Below, piece after piece: positions 28,270 through 41,854 of a stretch of 64,000 bases of DNA. The position numbers were made by a program, and so were the translations under genes. The number at the start of each line of letters is the position of its first letter. Position 1 is the first letter of the stretch. The stretch lies in NCBI GenBank assembly GCA_951406725.2, contig OX597820.1, positions 124,682,001 to 124,746,000 on the forward strand, read 5' to 3'. A model generated the notes under the pieces. It ran no database searches, had not been told where the DNA came from, and worked only from the letters and a program-made list of their open reading frames with translations. Origin of the DNA: Octopus vulgaris. Taxonomy: Eukaryota.

Positions 28270-29285
28270 GATATTATGTGATGAAAACTCACAGTCTATT
28301 GTTCTGCGTATGACGGAAAGTGTCAGCCGTCCACAGACGGCAGACCAAGATGACTCTTGTTTACTGGTTGTGCTTCAAGTACCCTGCGAAGAATTCTTGC
28401 AGTTCCAAGCAATACCGATATTTGGAGATGTTCTATCGCGACACTTGCACCAATCTATTTTAGCCATGTTGGTAGTTGAGTACTGATACTTCCAACTGCA
28501 CCAATGACTATTGGCATCACTTCTACTCTCCTCATTCATTACTAACTTCGTATTCCCCACTTCAAATCTTCGTACTTGTTTATTTCGTCTTCTTACACAT
28601 CGATCCTCTTATCACCGGGGAATGCTATGTCCATTATCACGCATTCCCTTTCTCTTTATTCACCGGCTTCCAATGTCTACTTAGATGATCGCACTGGGTC
28701 ATTGCATCCCAAGGATTTTGAAATTCTCATTTCCGTGACTCCTCCTAGGGTTTTCTCATACCACGTTTTTGCCCTTTGTAGGCCGTGATTTCCACAGAGC
28801 TCCCAGTGGCTCATTTTTGCCACATTGTCATGGCGTCTTTTGAATTCGCGCTTTGCCAATTTTGGGCTTTTGTTAACGATATGTCATATCGTTTCATCCC
28901 TCTCACCACACATTCTGCATTTGTTGCTGTCAGTAGTGTTGCCAATTCTGCACTTAACATAGTTGTTCCTTAACGCTTGTACTTGAGCTGTGCATATGTG
29001 TGCTTCTGTTTCTATCTTCAGGTCACTCCTTTCCATCCACAGCCACCGGTCCTCTGTATCTGTTTTCACATTCACTTCTCTTGCAAATTGACCGTACGTT
29101 TTTCCCCTTCCATGCTTTTTATTCTGTGGTCATTTCTTCTTAAAATATTTCACTTTCTTTCAATACAAAATTTTCAGTTTTGATGACATTGGTCTTCTTC
29201 GTATGTTTCAACAATAGCTCCACGGCATTTTTTATTTACCACCCTAAGCTGTTTTACTCTGCTTCGATGTCGCTCAATATCCAAT
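28270..29285 (-). mobile_element. R4/Dong-type RLE LINE 3' portion (piece A)
   Basis: LKIETEAHICTAQVQAL..CRMCGERDETI.H...KRRHDNVAK..HWELCG (CCHC knuckle and RHD), followed by a degenerate RLE domain and a (CAT)n-like tail. Confidence 0.85.
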
Positions 29286-29289
29286 ATCG

Positions 29290-29922
29290 TAGTGTTGTTG
29301 ATTGAAGATATTGTATCTACCGGCGTTTTGTACTGCCTGACAAGTCACAACAAGGACCTCAGACAGACAGTACTTTACGAATTATGCCTGCAGTTCAAAG
29401 TAATACCGATGTTTTGCAATACAACTAAATTGTAGGGCATTTCTAAAGTTTCCAGATGATTTTCTTCTGGATGGGTGATATTGAACCCAATTCTCCGATG
29501 ACAATAGGGACACACTTTATGTGTGATTCTCGTAACTGTCACATCTTAGCCATCTTAATTCTTAGGTCTCCATATTTCTTTTCTCTTTCTTTCATGATGA
29601 TATGTTGATCGCCTGATACTGCCACGTCGGTTATTAAGCACTTTCTTGTTTGTCCCTCTTAAAGCTTATTGTATCCGGCCTTTGGTTCTCTAACACCTTG
29701 TCTGTCTGGAAGAGAATTTTTGATTTCCCCTTTTTTGCAATTAACTTCTCAGGTGTATGTTGGTACGAAGTACCCGTGTCCTCATATCCATACTTCCGGC
29801 ATAGTAGCCAGTGAATATTTTGGGCTACCTTGTCATGTTTGCGCTAGTTCTATTTCTGCGCAAGATTTCAAAATCACTAATAATGTGAGTCACGATTTCG
29901 TCTCACTTCCCACACATTCTAC
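29290..29922 (-). mobile_element. R4/Dong-type RLE LINE 3' portion (piece B)
   Basis: RMCGK.DEIVTHIIS..HDKVAQNIHWLLCRKYG..KCLITDVAVSGD..KEKEKKYGDL..VPIVIGELGSI..IIRKVLSV*. Confidence 0.8.
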
Positions 29923-32520
29923 TATGAGTGGAATTTTTCTTTTTAGACTTCTCATTCGAGTTACTTCTATTTCCACATCTTTGTATTTTGAAAGTTTCTC
30001 CTTTTCTTTTCGAGAAACATTGTCATCTGATGGCATTGATACATTGATTAGAAAGCATTTTTTGTTCTGGTGATCACTGACAACTATATCCGGCCTGTTA
30101 GCCTTAATTTCTCAAATTTTGTGAATTGATACATCCCATAGTTTGGTTGCCTTCTTATTTTCTCTCAACGTTTCTGGCATGTGCCTATACCGTTTTTTTT
30201 CTGTTTCATAACCCCCAGTGTATATAGGTCTTGACTCCGTCTGTCTGTGAATATATTCCTTCTTAGCCAAGATAGGGCACCCAGAGACAATATGATATAT
30301 ATTGCTTCTTCTCCATGTCAACACATTCGGAAGTTACTTGTATTTATTTTCATTACATGTAATTCTGGTGAGGAGGCTTTGGTTTTTTTACTGCAATAAA
30401 AAATCCTTCGGTCTCTGCTTTGAATCATGAGAATCTCAGCCATTGTTGACATCTTGCTTTGTCTATTTCTTTTGCGTTTAGTTTAACCCAGTATTTGCCA
30501 ATGAAGGCGATTTTCTTGCAATCGTTTTATCATAATCCATTGCTGTAAAAGTTTTCGTTGGATTTCAGTTGTTGTACAGCTTTCGTTGTCTCTTGCTTTT
30601 CTTCATAGATTTTTGGTTCTATGACTCCTTTTGGCATTTGTCAGCTTCATTAAATACTGAAAACAGTTTTTCTTTTGTTCGAGGTTTTTGGCTATATGTA
30701 TTAATTTTCTTTAATAGTAGTCCTAATCTATATTTGTAATAGTTTTCTAGCTGTATAAGACCCCTTATACCTTTCATACTTTGTATATATATATATAACA
30801 TTTCTATGTGAGATTTTGAACGGTGCATCCTAAATCCTGTCCTTATTTTTGTTGTTTTCTAATTTGTTTTGATTAGTTCATTTAGAATTCATCTAAGGAT
30901 ATTGTATCTGTAACTTACAACTGGGACTGCTAGAGTATGGCTACTTATTATCTTGTTTTTCGCAATGAGCTATGCTTTCAGTATTAATCCAACTCGGCTA
31001 AAGTATTCCTTTCTTATCTTCTTCTTCATTTGTGTGTGTTGTATTTAGTTCATTGATTCCTAAGTATTTGGATGTCTGGCTTTGATTTTATTCTCTTATT
31101 TCATTTGCTTTATCCGGTGTGATGTTGCTACTCTTAACTAGTTTGCTTTGGCACGTTTTTCTAAGAGACGTTTCATGTTCATTGTTTGGTAAATCCACGT
31201 ACTGTGTATAGTAATGCTTCCAGCTGTTTATCAATTGTAGCGTGCTGTTTGACCTCATTTATATATGAAAGGTGGCTGATTGTTTTGCCGCAACAGTTAT
31301 ATCCACATCCGGTTCTGTTTAGTAGGTCAGATAAAAGGAATGGAGAAAGTGTGTCGTCCTGGAATATTTGTTTTCTAATGGGAATGGCATTGGTTTTTAT
31401 GAGACCCTCTTTTGTCTGGAGCTGTAACACTAACAGCTATTTATTAATTGAATATTTTATACATTTTATAATTATTGGTGCTACCTTGTTCTTGGCTAGT
31501 GTTTTCTAGAATCCATGTGTAGAGTAAACTGTCAAAAGCCTTTTGGTAATCGATCCAGGCCATACTTAGTCTCCCCTTCTTTCTGCGGCTGTCTTCATTT
31601 ATGGCTTTACTGTAGCTGATCTTTAGAGCCGTATGAGACATTGCAACATCTCTTGTCTATGGATCTGCTATTATTTCATTAAATTTCTCAATTTTCTATG
31701 TGTTCCTGTTCGCTATTTTAATCAGAAGTTGGGGATTTTGTCTACCCGGGTACCTTCCAGTTGCATATATTTTACAATGACTGGTTGGCCTCTTCATTTG
31801 TTATAGGCGTTGAAGTATGTTCAGGTGTTGTGTTTATTGTTTTCACAGACTTTTTTCTGGGGTTGTTCCTTCACCGACCATATTTCATTCCAAAATTCTT
31901 CCTCTCCTTCTGCTCTTGGTGTTGAATTAATCTCTATTTTATTTTCGCCATGTTCTTGGTACAAACTTTTGGGGTTGGAGTTGAACTGTTTGTTTTGTTC
32001 AAGGTTGCTGTGCCGTTTCTCATATCGGTGGGTTCTCTGTACTTTGGTTAGACTATCTTGTTGTGGCTGTTCTTTTACCTCAGGTGTACCTTGTTCTGTA
32101 AGTTTGTATTTACGCTGTATTGTTCTTTACTTCTTGCTGCTCAGTAGTGTTGATTGTCTATTAATTTCATTAAGGATAGATAGATCCTTTCTCTTGTATT
32201 CTACTTTTTCTAGACAGTATTTATCCACAAGATTTGCTTGGGCGTTGATGCTTCTGTTTGGATGGTTTTTAGGGGATGGCCAGCTTCTTTTCTTTGCCAC
32301 AAAGGCTGCTGCATATATTATATAATTTAGTCTCGTCATATTGATATTTTTTTCTGTTGCTACAAGTTCTGTGACGAACAGTTTCATGCTATTTATTATT
32401 GATGTTTTATTATCAATTTTAATTTTTGGGAGGTACAATCGGTGGTCCATATTGAGATTTGTGGGTTTCAATTTTTTGATTATACTCATTTTTAGAGTAT
32501 CATAAACATCAGTTTCACCT
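29921..32520 (-). mobile_element. degenerate near-full-length R4/Dong-type LINE lacking its 3' end (piece C)
   Basis: N-terminal region, RT motifs LSMAWIDYQKAFDS and IFQDDTLSP, CCHC region HIVSGCPILAKKEYIHR, and RLE ANRPDIVV..CFLINVSMPSD..KEKEKLSKYKD..IPLIV. Many stops and frameshifts. Confidence 0.85.
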
Positions 32521-32654
32521 TTAATGTTTCCAGGTTTTTAATTTTTAGGCCGTATGTTTATAGTAGCAAAGTCTTGTATCATTATTACTGTTACTACTGT
32601 GTGTATGTGTGTGTGTATGTGTGTGTGTTTTTGTGAGAGAGAGAGAGAGAACAA

Positions 32655-33152
32655 TTCATGCCTAATATACCTATCATGACTACTCGCCTGATAAGAGTAC
32701 ACCAGGCATATCTATCATAACCATGTGTGTGATATGGTGAACAGATATCAAGGTAAACAGCGCACGATCTTGCAGATGTGGCTCAGTTAGAATTTTCTGC
32801 AGGTCGAGTAGCTCAACCCGTTCAAAAGGTCCCTGAATACGGTTTGTTTAAGGATGATGACCGAAACGTCCATGTTTGCAGAGGTAAATTATTCAAATTC
32901 CAAAGAATCCCTCTCAGAATATTGCTATGACGCTTCCCACTACGTCTGCTCGTTATCAGAGATGCACATATTGTCAGCCACTAAGGAACATGCTCAACTA
33001 GTTAAGGCCAAACAACTGACAAGCAAATCTGTGGTATTGAGCTGAATATTTACTGTAGCCCATCTTTTATAAAAGAACGTACATGATATCACTTCCAATC
33101 AGTTAAGATCAAAAGCCATGAGAGCCACAGACTGGTACACTATCTGCGCATG
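32655..33152 (-). mobile_element. second copy of repeat F, directly 5' of the Dong-type LINE
   Basis: Colinear with 12714-13200; preceded on minus by TAATAATAACAATAATAAC. Confidence 0.8.
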
Positions 33153-33173
33153 TTATTATTGTTATTATTATCA

Positions 33174-33196
33174 TTCTTCTTCTTCTTCTTCTTCTT

Positions 33197-33228
<32 letters not shown>

Positions 33229-33437
33229 CTTCTTCTTCTTCTTCAGCTTCTTCTTCCTATCTTTCTTCTTCCTCTTCTTCTTCTTCAGCTTCTTCTTCTT
33301 ACCTTTCTTCTTCCTCTTCTTCAGCTTCTTCTTCTTATCTTTCTTCTTCCTCTTCTTCTTCTTCAGCTTCTTCTTCTTACCTTTCTTCTTCTTCTTCTTC
33401 TTCTTCTTCTTCTTCTTCTTCTTCTTCTTCTTCTCCT
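33174..33437. repeat. (TTC)n microsatellite with higher-order variant units
   Basis: Variant blocks CTTCAGCTTC, TTA(C/T)CTTTC and CCTCTTC recur about four times. Confidence 0.9.
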
Positions 33438-34479
33438 CAATACAGCTATTATTAAGCGGTTATTCACAACAATTTCAATATTAATGAAGTAGGTGTGAAG
33501 CGAATGCGAATCACTTTGTACGGACAGTGAAATGTGAAATGTGAAATGAAAAATACATTCATATTTCATATTAAAGAAACTAGTAATAATTTGACACAAA
33601 ATATTAAAAAGGACAACTTTTTAAAAAATTGAATGAAATTAGAAGGATGGTGTGGAAAAAACTCATTGAGTAGGAATATGAGAAATGGCATAAATCTTTA
33701 TAAAATAATAAATTTACATAACTAGTATTTTATTCTCGAAATTTATAGTGCGATATGTGCAACGAAGTGTGACTGGTGGAATGGTGCATATGAAGAAACG
33801 AGAGAAAAGGGAAATAAAGTTGGTGATTAATGCAAATATTATATGATATAGTTATTCAAATGTCGAAATAGTTTATAAAAAATTTGGAGCAGCATAATAC
33901 ACTCGGACGCGCAAGCACGCAAGCACTCAAGCACGCAAAAAACACAAACGTACACACACGCGAACATACACACATACAAACTCATTCATACATTTACTAT
34001 GTTCAAAAGTATAGAAAGTCAGCACACAGAGACGCATTTGCAAATATCTGGATATTTGCATACATCGTTTTCCGTAAGAAAGTGTTCCCGGATGATTCAT
34101 TGTAGCTGAGCATGTAATCCACTAGCAAGTGTTATTGAAGCGTTTCGAACTACTATAATGTTGACACGCGCGTAGGAACTACAATATAAAGTTACGTTTA
34201 TGCTACTTTCGTTTATTCCCATATGTATATGCACATGTTTGCATTCGCGACAGTTTACTGGTAGAAACGAAATTTCTTCAAACTCAAGGCCGCGTTCAAA
34301 TGCCTGAGAGATTGGAAGCTCCACGAAAGATTATCAATGACAGCACGGTGCTGTGAACTTTTAGAGTAATTATTCCTCTCACTAAAACCAAGTTTCATTC
34401 ATTCTACACCGAAAGAATATGACATATCACTGAATAATATATAGACATTTTTCATTGATGTACTGTAAATTGAATTTAG

Positions 34480-34572
<93 letters not shown>

Positions 34573-34587
34573 GTCTATCTATCTTTA

Positions 34588-34624
<37 letters not shown>

Positions 34625-34634
34625 ATCTATCATA

Positions 34635-34680
<46 letters not shown>
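34480..34680. repeat. (TATC)n microsatellite
   Basis: Directly visible. Confidence 0.95.
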
Positions 34681-34682
<2 letters not shown>

Positions 34683-37279
34683 CCGTCTGTAAAATGTTAG
34701 TTATCGATACGTGTAGACTTGTTCCCTTGTGCATTGATCAGACAAGGCAGCAAAACGGACAGCGGAATGATTTATTTTAAGTTACAATATATTTCAAGTT
34801 AAATATTAATGAGTTTACTTTGTTCTTTGTTACTATCCGGTGTCATTATCCGGTGTATCGTATTACGTCTCCTATCTTCATGATAATATATTGTCACCAA
34901 ACTTTTGCCGACTTAAATCATCTCAAATGCTTTATAGCCAAGGGACATAACTCTAGATATAACTCTTAGCTCGGTTCCCCTCTCACAACTTCGATTCGTC
35001 TTTTTCCCCAGCATCCATTCAGAAAAACGGATATGACATTTTTATCACCAATAACAGAGAGCAGCCGCCATTCATTTCTATTCCTGTCGTCTCTGAAAAG
35101 CACGTGTTATTACTTAACCGTCGTAATATCTAATATTTTGTGATTTAATAGAGTTCGAAACCTATTGCTTAGATCGGCTGAACATGTATAATAGCGTACG
35201 ATTTGTTTAATCTACCCGCTCTATTGACAAATATGCGAGTGCATATTTTCTGACTAATGAATTCTTAGACAAACAACTTACACGGCTCAATAACGGATGG
35301 AGCAGTTGCTTTTATATTGCGCTGTAAAACGAAGCTAAGATTTCGGCTTTCACAACAAGTTTTATAAGTTTTACTTTTCTCTCATAAGTGGCACGAAGAA
35401 TTATAACAGGTATTTTGTAAACACATCGGTTTCTTCTGAGCACTAATAGGAAAGACAATAGTTATTCAATGATTTGATGACATGCCCTCAGGCATTAAAG
35501 GATTAGATTTGTTCACTTAGTACTTAAATTTAAACAATTCCACAATCAGAATGAAAATTTATGAGGAGATGTAAATCTGAAGATGTTATGGATATCTCTG
35601 CGGTTTCCTGCACTTGGGTCTCTTTTTGACTTTAGTCGTTAAAAGCAAATTCTGCAAAACACTTCAACGCCTAAACGTATGTTGTTTTTTTGTTTTTTAA
35701 TCTAAAACTAGAGCTTTTTGTCAATTTCGATGATAATTATATTACTATAAATATTTAGGAAAATGGCTTTATATTGTTTTTTGTTCACATAAGGGATGTC
35801 TTTTTACAGAATATGATTTTCCAGAGAACACTCGTTTTGGAAAAATTTCATCTTGCATAAAAGCATATGTCTTGGTTATGTTTATCCATATTTATACACT
35901 ACGACGCAACTGCTATGAATTTGCTCCAGACGCACATATCAATGTATTTGTGTATATATATCTATGTACTGATGTATTAATGTACATATATGTATGTGTA
36001 TACACAGAGACATAGACACACAGACATGCAGACATGGGCAAACATATATCTAAATATGCTCGTGCGTCTGTGTCTGCATGTCTGTCTGCATGTAGATAGA
36101 ACTTGCAATACGTCAAGAATGTTTGTATCCGTTCATTAAATTTCAGCTGAAGGTTATACTTTATTGCTGAGTAAATATAAATTAGTAAATCGATAATATA
36201 CCTATATTTTGTAACGAAATATAAGAGGAAGCCTACACATAGATACTTGTCTTATGTTTCAATTAAGCAATATGATTCCAATGACCGATAAAATATATCA
36301 GGAAATTTGTCACTTATCGTTCATAAATATTAAACTATATTAAATTAGCGCGTTGAAACATAAACGTTTCGAGTTACTTGATATATTTTATAGTTATATT
36401 TCATTCGTATAAACATTTTGTTTTTATAGTACATCTAGTTATACATACATGGGCATATGTTTGTTTTGTACGTGTGTGTGAGTGTATCAGTTGTGTGTGC
36501 ATGAATATTAAATTTGCTATATATATCTTGTAAACAGATCATGTGTTTTTCCCTCAACTCTGAAATATCTATCTCACTGCAATATCAGAACAGATAATAT
36601 CATGATAAAAATACTCATTTAGAACTTCCACATTCTCTGAGCCAAACCTTTTTGAAATACAGTTTCAACAAATAAACCATTCTCTTAATCATTTATTCTT
36701 CATTTTCGTCTTTTATGCACAACAGAACCTGATACAATATATATTTCTTTGACTGTTTGTTATCATGTTTACTTTTGATTAATGCAAATAATAACTTTCA
36801 TTGAAAAAGCCTAAGATGGAAATGTGTTTCAGGCGTTATTACTCTTTCTGGCGAACGAATATTATTTTGGCATACGTTATCAAATGCATTTTTGATTTTA
36901 CACGGTAGTATCTTGTGTCTTGACAGAAATCCGTCTGCTAATTTCAAAGCGTTTATAACCATGTAGTGTCTCTTACGGTTGGTCGTAAATTGGCTGTGGA
37001 GCATATTGGATATATACAATTCATTTGCCTATATGTACATCTGATACAAAATATGAAGTAATAAATATGTGTTTTATCACAGAGACACCTAAGAAAGTTT
37101 ATATTTTCTCAGTGCCATACTCTGTTGAGCGAAAAACATAAGTATTTCAGAGAGAGAAAGAGACAGAGAGAGAGACAGAGACAGAGACAGAGAAAGAAAG
37201 CAGGAGAGAAATATATGTGTGAAAGAAACACGTCGTATATATATATATGTCACCATGATATATCTTTAGTCACTACACA

Positions 37280-37452
37280 GACTTGTTTCTCTCCTTGTTT
37301 CCCCCCTTGTTTTTTCTGTGTCCCTTTTTGTAGAAGAGCGTAGGCTCAAAACATAAAATACTTCTTCTATTCCTGAGCGTTATACTAATACATCTGTTTG
37401 TTTTGTACACCACCTGTCTTTGTCTTTTGCTTTTTTTTCGTAAACTCTCCCT
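37280..37452 (+). mobile_element. short interspersed repeat G carrying an HHR-like hairpin
   Basis: Reverse complement of 53437-53585. Contains GAAGAGC-GTAG-GCTC-(G/A)AAAC(G/A)TAAAA. Confidence 0.75.
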
Positions 37453-37469
37453 ATATATATATAGGTTGC

Positions 37470-37922
37470 GATGGGTAAATTGCCGCCATGTTATATTTGT
37501 AATTTCTCGAATGTGCGTTGGATGCTTTGATTTAGTCGCCTGCACTTTATAGTAGGCCCAGGAGAGTATGTTCTGTGAGAATAACAACAACGTGCTACAA
37601 TTCACTTTGCCAGTAATTTGGAAACGACATGCAGTACTGCTTGGCATTGACACGGGAAGCTCCAAAACGAATATTTCAATGGGTTTAGGCGTGACTCTGA
37701 GGACAGAACAACTTGAAGACATGTGCCGAGAGTGATAAAAATCAAACATACAGTCAACATTATAGTGTTTCGAGAGAACAATAGTGATCTTCCCATGCGG
37801 CCTCATACTCAACATGGAGGCCTACATCAAATACCTAGAAGAGGTAGTGCTTCTCTAGTTCAAGAGGGTGGCTGTTAGAAGACCCTATGTCTAGCAACAG
37901 GACTTCGCATCATACCATACAA
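37470..37922 (+). mobile_element. internally deleted Tc1/mariner (maT-like) transposon relic
   Basis: IWKRHAVLLGIDTGSS...; ..PRVIKIKH.VNIIVF..; LNMEAYIKYLEEVVL..KRVAVRRPYV*QQDFASYHT, matching the QQD.AP.H motif. Confidence 0.7.
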
Positions 37923-38059
37923 TAAGGCAAACCCACTGCAACGTTACTGTTACTCTTACTTCTACTTTCATTCTCTGATTTCCCTCTATGGTTCCCAATC
38001 TCCTCCTTTTCCATAATAATTCTTTATTTTGAACTCAAACTTTAATCTCTAACACGTCA

Positions 38060-38105
38060 TCTCTAATTAAGGGATATTCATAATATCCCAGAAACAGCTG
38101 TAAGA
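38060..38105 (+). ncRNA. degenerate type I hammerhead motif in a pseudo-LTR-like segment
   Basis: UCU-CUAAUUA-A-GGGAUAUU(CAU)AAUAUCCC-A-GAAA-CAGCUG-UA-AGA. Helices II and III are perfect, but G5 and G8 are mutated. Confidence 0.6.
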
Positions 38106-38186
38106 CTATATTTCTCCCCTTATAAATGTGCTGAAAACTCCTCACAGCCTTGGCTTTGTCATCTGTGTTTGTCTAATATAAATAAA

Positions 38187-38351
<165 letters not shown>

Positions 38352-38384
38352 GCATGTATGTATATGTATATGTCTCTGTGAATG

Positions 38385-38570
38385 TCTTTGTGTCTGTGTT
38401 TGACCCCTTATGGTGCGTTTACTTCTCCGTAACTTACTGTTTCGGCAAAGAGACCGACAAAATAAGTACTAAATTAGAAAATAAGTCCTGGGGCCGAATT
38501 GTTCGGCAGAAACACTTCAAGGTGGTGCTCGAGGAAGGTTGGAGTCCAATGACTGAAACAAATAAAAGAA
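38385..38570 (+). mobile_element. 3' half of SINE family E
   Basis: GTTTCGGCAAAGAGACCGA.AAAATAAGTACT...AATAAGTCCTGGGG...AAGGTGGTGCTC...AATGACTGAAACAAATAAAAG. Confidence 0.7.
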
Positions 38571-38659
38571 TGTATATATAATGGATCGGCAAATAACGAT
38601 CACGTGTTTGCGCAGTACACAACCCCCCTCCGTCCACACATCAGAAGACTAAACGTTTG

Positions 38660-38742
38660 CAGAGCAGCGTCATGTGAAGTGTTTCGCTCAAACACACAAC
38701 ACGCCACCAGGTCTGGAAATCGAACCTACGATATAGCGATCT
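38660..38742 (-). mobile_element. SINE head type B fragment
   Basis: Minus strand GGTTCGATTTCCAGACCTGG..GTGTTGTGTGTTTGAGCGAAACACTTCA. Confidence 0.55.
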
Positions 38743-40760
38743 CTATATGAATAAGTGGACAGACGAAAGAAAGTGGCACTCAACAAGTAGGAATTACATG
38801 TGTTTTTGATAACAGTTTGACTGATCTGCAAATGACAACTGTTTTGTGGGCGCATAGAATTGGCAACATTTCTTCACATACCAGGAGTATAAAGGATTTG
38901 AGAGAGACTCAATCGATTTCTATAGTTTTAGATCTCTAATGGTCACGTGAGACCTCGTGGTATTAATTCTGGTGACATAAATCTGGTTGCAACAATACGA
39001 CAGTTCTTTTTTCCCGTTGATGGACACTGCATGTATCGATGACAGACTTTTTCTACGTGACAACGCATAAATCCTCCATCTTGTAATTATTGGTTCTATT
39101 TAGTTTCCTTCTCTTCATTGCAAATATGTTATTCACTAAATTCTGAGTGGTTGAAGGGGGAATTTTGACAGTGGCTCTGGTGGAAACATCATTATAGTTT
39201 ATGTCTGCCGGAGGGATGTTCTTTTAATATAGTGAGAAGCTACGGTTTCCTATCGTGGAATACAACAGTTAGTATTTGGCACAAAATAATCTACTCAATT
39301 CTTAATATTATGTTTACTATTGTTTTTGTTTTATATTTCTACCTTTGCTGGCAGCGTTGCTACCTTTATACACAGTTATGTGTAATTGTGCGTGTACATT
39401 TGTAATTGTATGTATGTATATGTTTGTATGTTTGTGTGTCTGTGTATGTATGTGTGTATGCATGGGTGAGTGTTAACTAAAAGTGCTCTTTAGATTAGCA
39501 TTAATTAAAGCAGGAATAATTCAAAAGAAATTTTAACTGATTTCGAATTAAAGTATCTAGGCCTCCTTTTGTCTGTTGAGATCACATGCTTTTTATATGA
39601 AAATGGCGGTGCAGACGTGATGCTATCATCACTTTGTTGGCATTCTACATATCGATCTTTGTGTGCTATGTCTCTATATGTGTGTATACGTGTACGCACA
39701 TTGTAAACATTTCTAAAATCATTAAGTTTAAATAGATTATGGAAATAGAATTATCCGCTCCTAATCATGGTTTCAGAAACTCTGGTATTCTGTTGTCTTA
39801 AGAGCAATAATTGTGTTTACGGGCTTTTGGCATACTAAAGTAATGAAAGTTAAACCAATAGATGATGATGAATAGAGTCATCTTAGGCGATTAATTGAAT
39901 CGTGGATCAAAGTTGAAACTGACCGACAGTTTACTTAATTGTCGGGGATCAAAGCAATCGTGTAGAGAAATTAATTGAACAACAGCTACGAGATTTATAT
40001 CAAAAGAACTATTTTTCTAGTATCAAATTGATTTACGTTTATCGATTGTTGTATTGTTAAGTATATGTTAATAGAAATTAAGGCAATTAATATATCAATA
40101 CAATCAGATGTTTAATAGGCTATTAAATTAATAATAAATTATCAATTATGTAACATACAACGTTCAGAGATTACGCATGGCGGTATGAGTATAGTAATAC
40201 GAGATTATAAAAATAAATTCATTATAAATTCAGAAGGAAATTATAAAATTATAATCCCTCAAATACATTGATACGTTTAATCTGAGATTAAACGCATGTC
40301 ACCATAATATATTGGAGTCCATTAACGAAAGAGTTAACTATTCCTCTGAATATGAAGTGTATAGTATGTAGAATATGAAGGTTTCTTGCGACGAGCTAGG
40401 AAATTGGTTGGGAGTTAAACTATAATGCTGTAACTCATATAACAGAACCAATAGTAAAATTACTGAAATATCACTTGCACATGAGGGTCGTGAATGTGAA
40501 GATTAATGTCGAGAACACGTTCATCATCTGCTTTATCCTTGACAACCATTTCCTTCTTGTCAGTGAGTAAATAAATAGCTTCGCATCACAATACTCTAAA
40601 CAAAGCGTATACTATAGCCTATACTATAGATAACCATGCCACATACACACGCACGCGCACGTCTGCAGGTATGTACGTATAGATATACATATATATATGT
40701 ATATATATATATACACATATATATATATATGTGTGTGTGTGTGTATATTTAATATGTATG

Positions 40761-40798
<38 letters not shown>

Positions 40799-41095
40799 AA
40801 TACATATATATATATATGTATGTATGTATAGATCAATACACACACAATCACGCATGAACGCGCACACACACCTACATATGCATACAGAAACAAGCACATA
40901 GGCAGTATTCAGATTTCATTTCCTCTCTATTCAAACTAATTCAAAATGGATAGTAGAACTATAATGTGGATATTGTTGTTAGTTTCATTCAGAGGATGGC
41001 ATATTTTAATACGTGATATACTTAGCAGCTTATAGAATAGTTAATAAATATTTTATATGATAAGTGAATGCATGAAGTGGTTGGTGGATAAAATA

Positions 41096-41170
<75 letters not shown>

Positions 41171-41814
41171 ATATATATATATATAGTTAGATAGACATGT
41201 GTGTGTGTGTGCATGTGTATATGTATGTATTCGCGACTGTTTGTATTTAACGGCCATGCATCACTAGTCGTGTAGTGTGTCACGCAAATCTCTGTGTAAC
41301 GGAATATGAGAAAAGTGTACTATAAAATAGTATTATTTTACAAGTTCATTGAAATCCTCCATCGACTGGAAGTTTAAATGTGATTGCAAATATAACTATA
41401 TGAAAGACGAATAATAGCAATACATATATATACTTAAAGAGTAGTGCTATATTAGTCATTCCCAGAAATGAGAAGGTGCGGTAGAGTCGTAGCATTAATG
41501 TCTACACAATTTAATTCATATAACCAATCGAAATATTTCATTATATTTATTCAGTTCTCTGCGTCTACTTCATATGATTTAACATGTACTTCAATAAATA
41601 TAGATTACTTTGTTAAGATCGATGCACTCAACTACACAGACGTACAGTTATACGTAAAAATGTATTAGAAATTGTTTCATTTGTTAGTAATACATAAGTT
41701 ATATGGTAAGCTGCTGCCAGCGAAATAACTCGACAGCTTGGATCGATTTCCGAATAACGCAGCCGGATGTAGGATTAGATGCAGAAATATATAATATACT
41801 ATATATTACAGACA

Positions 41815-41854
<40 letters not shown>

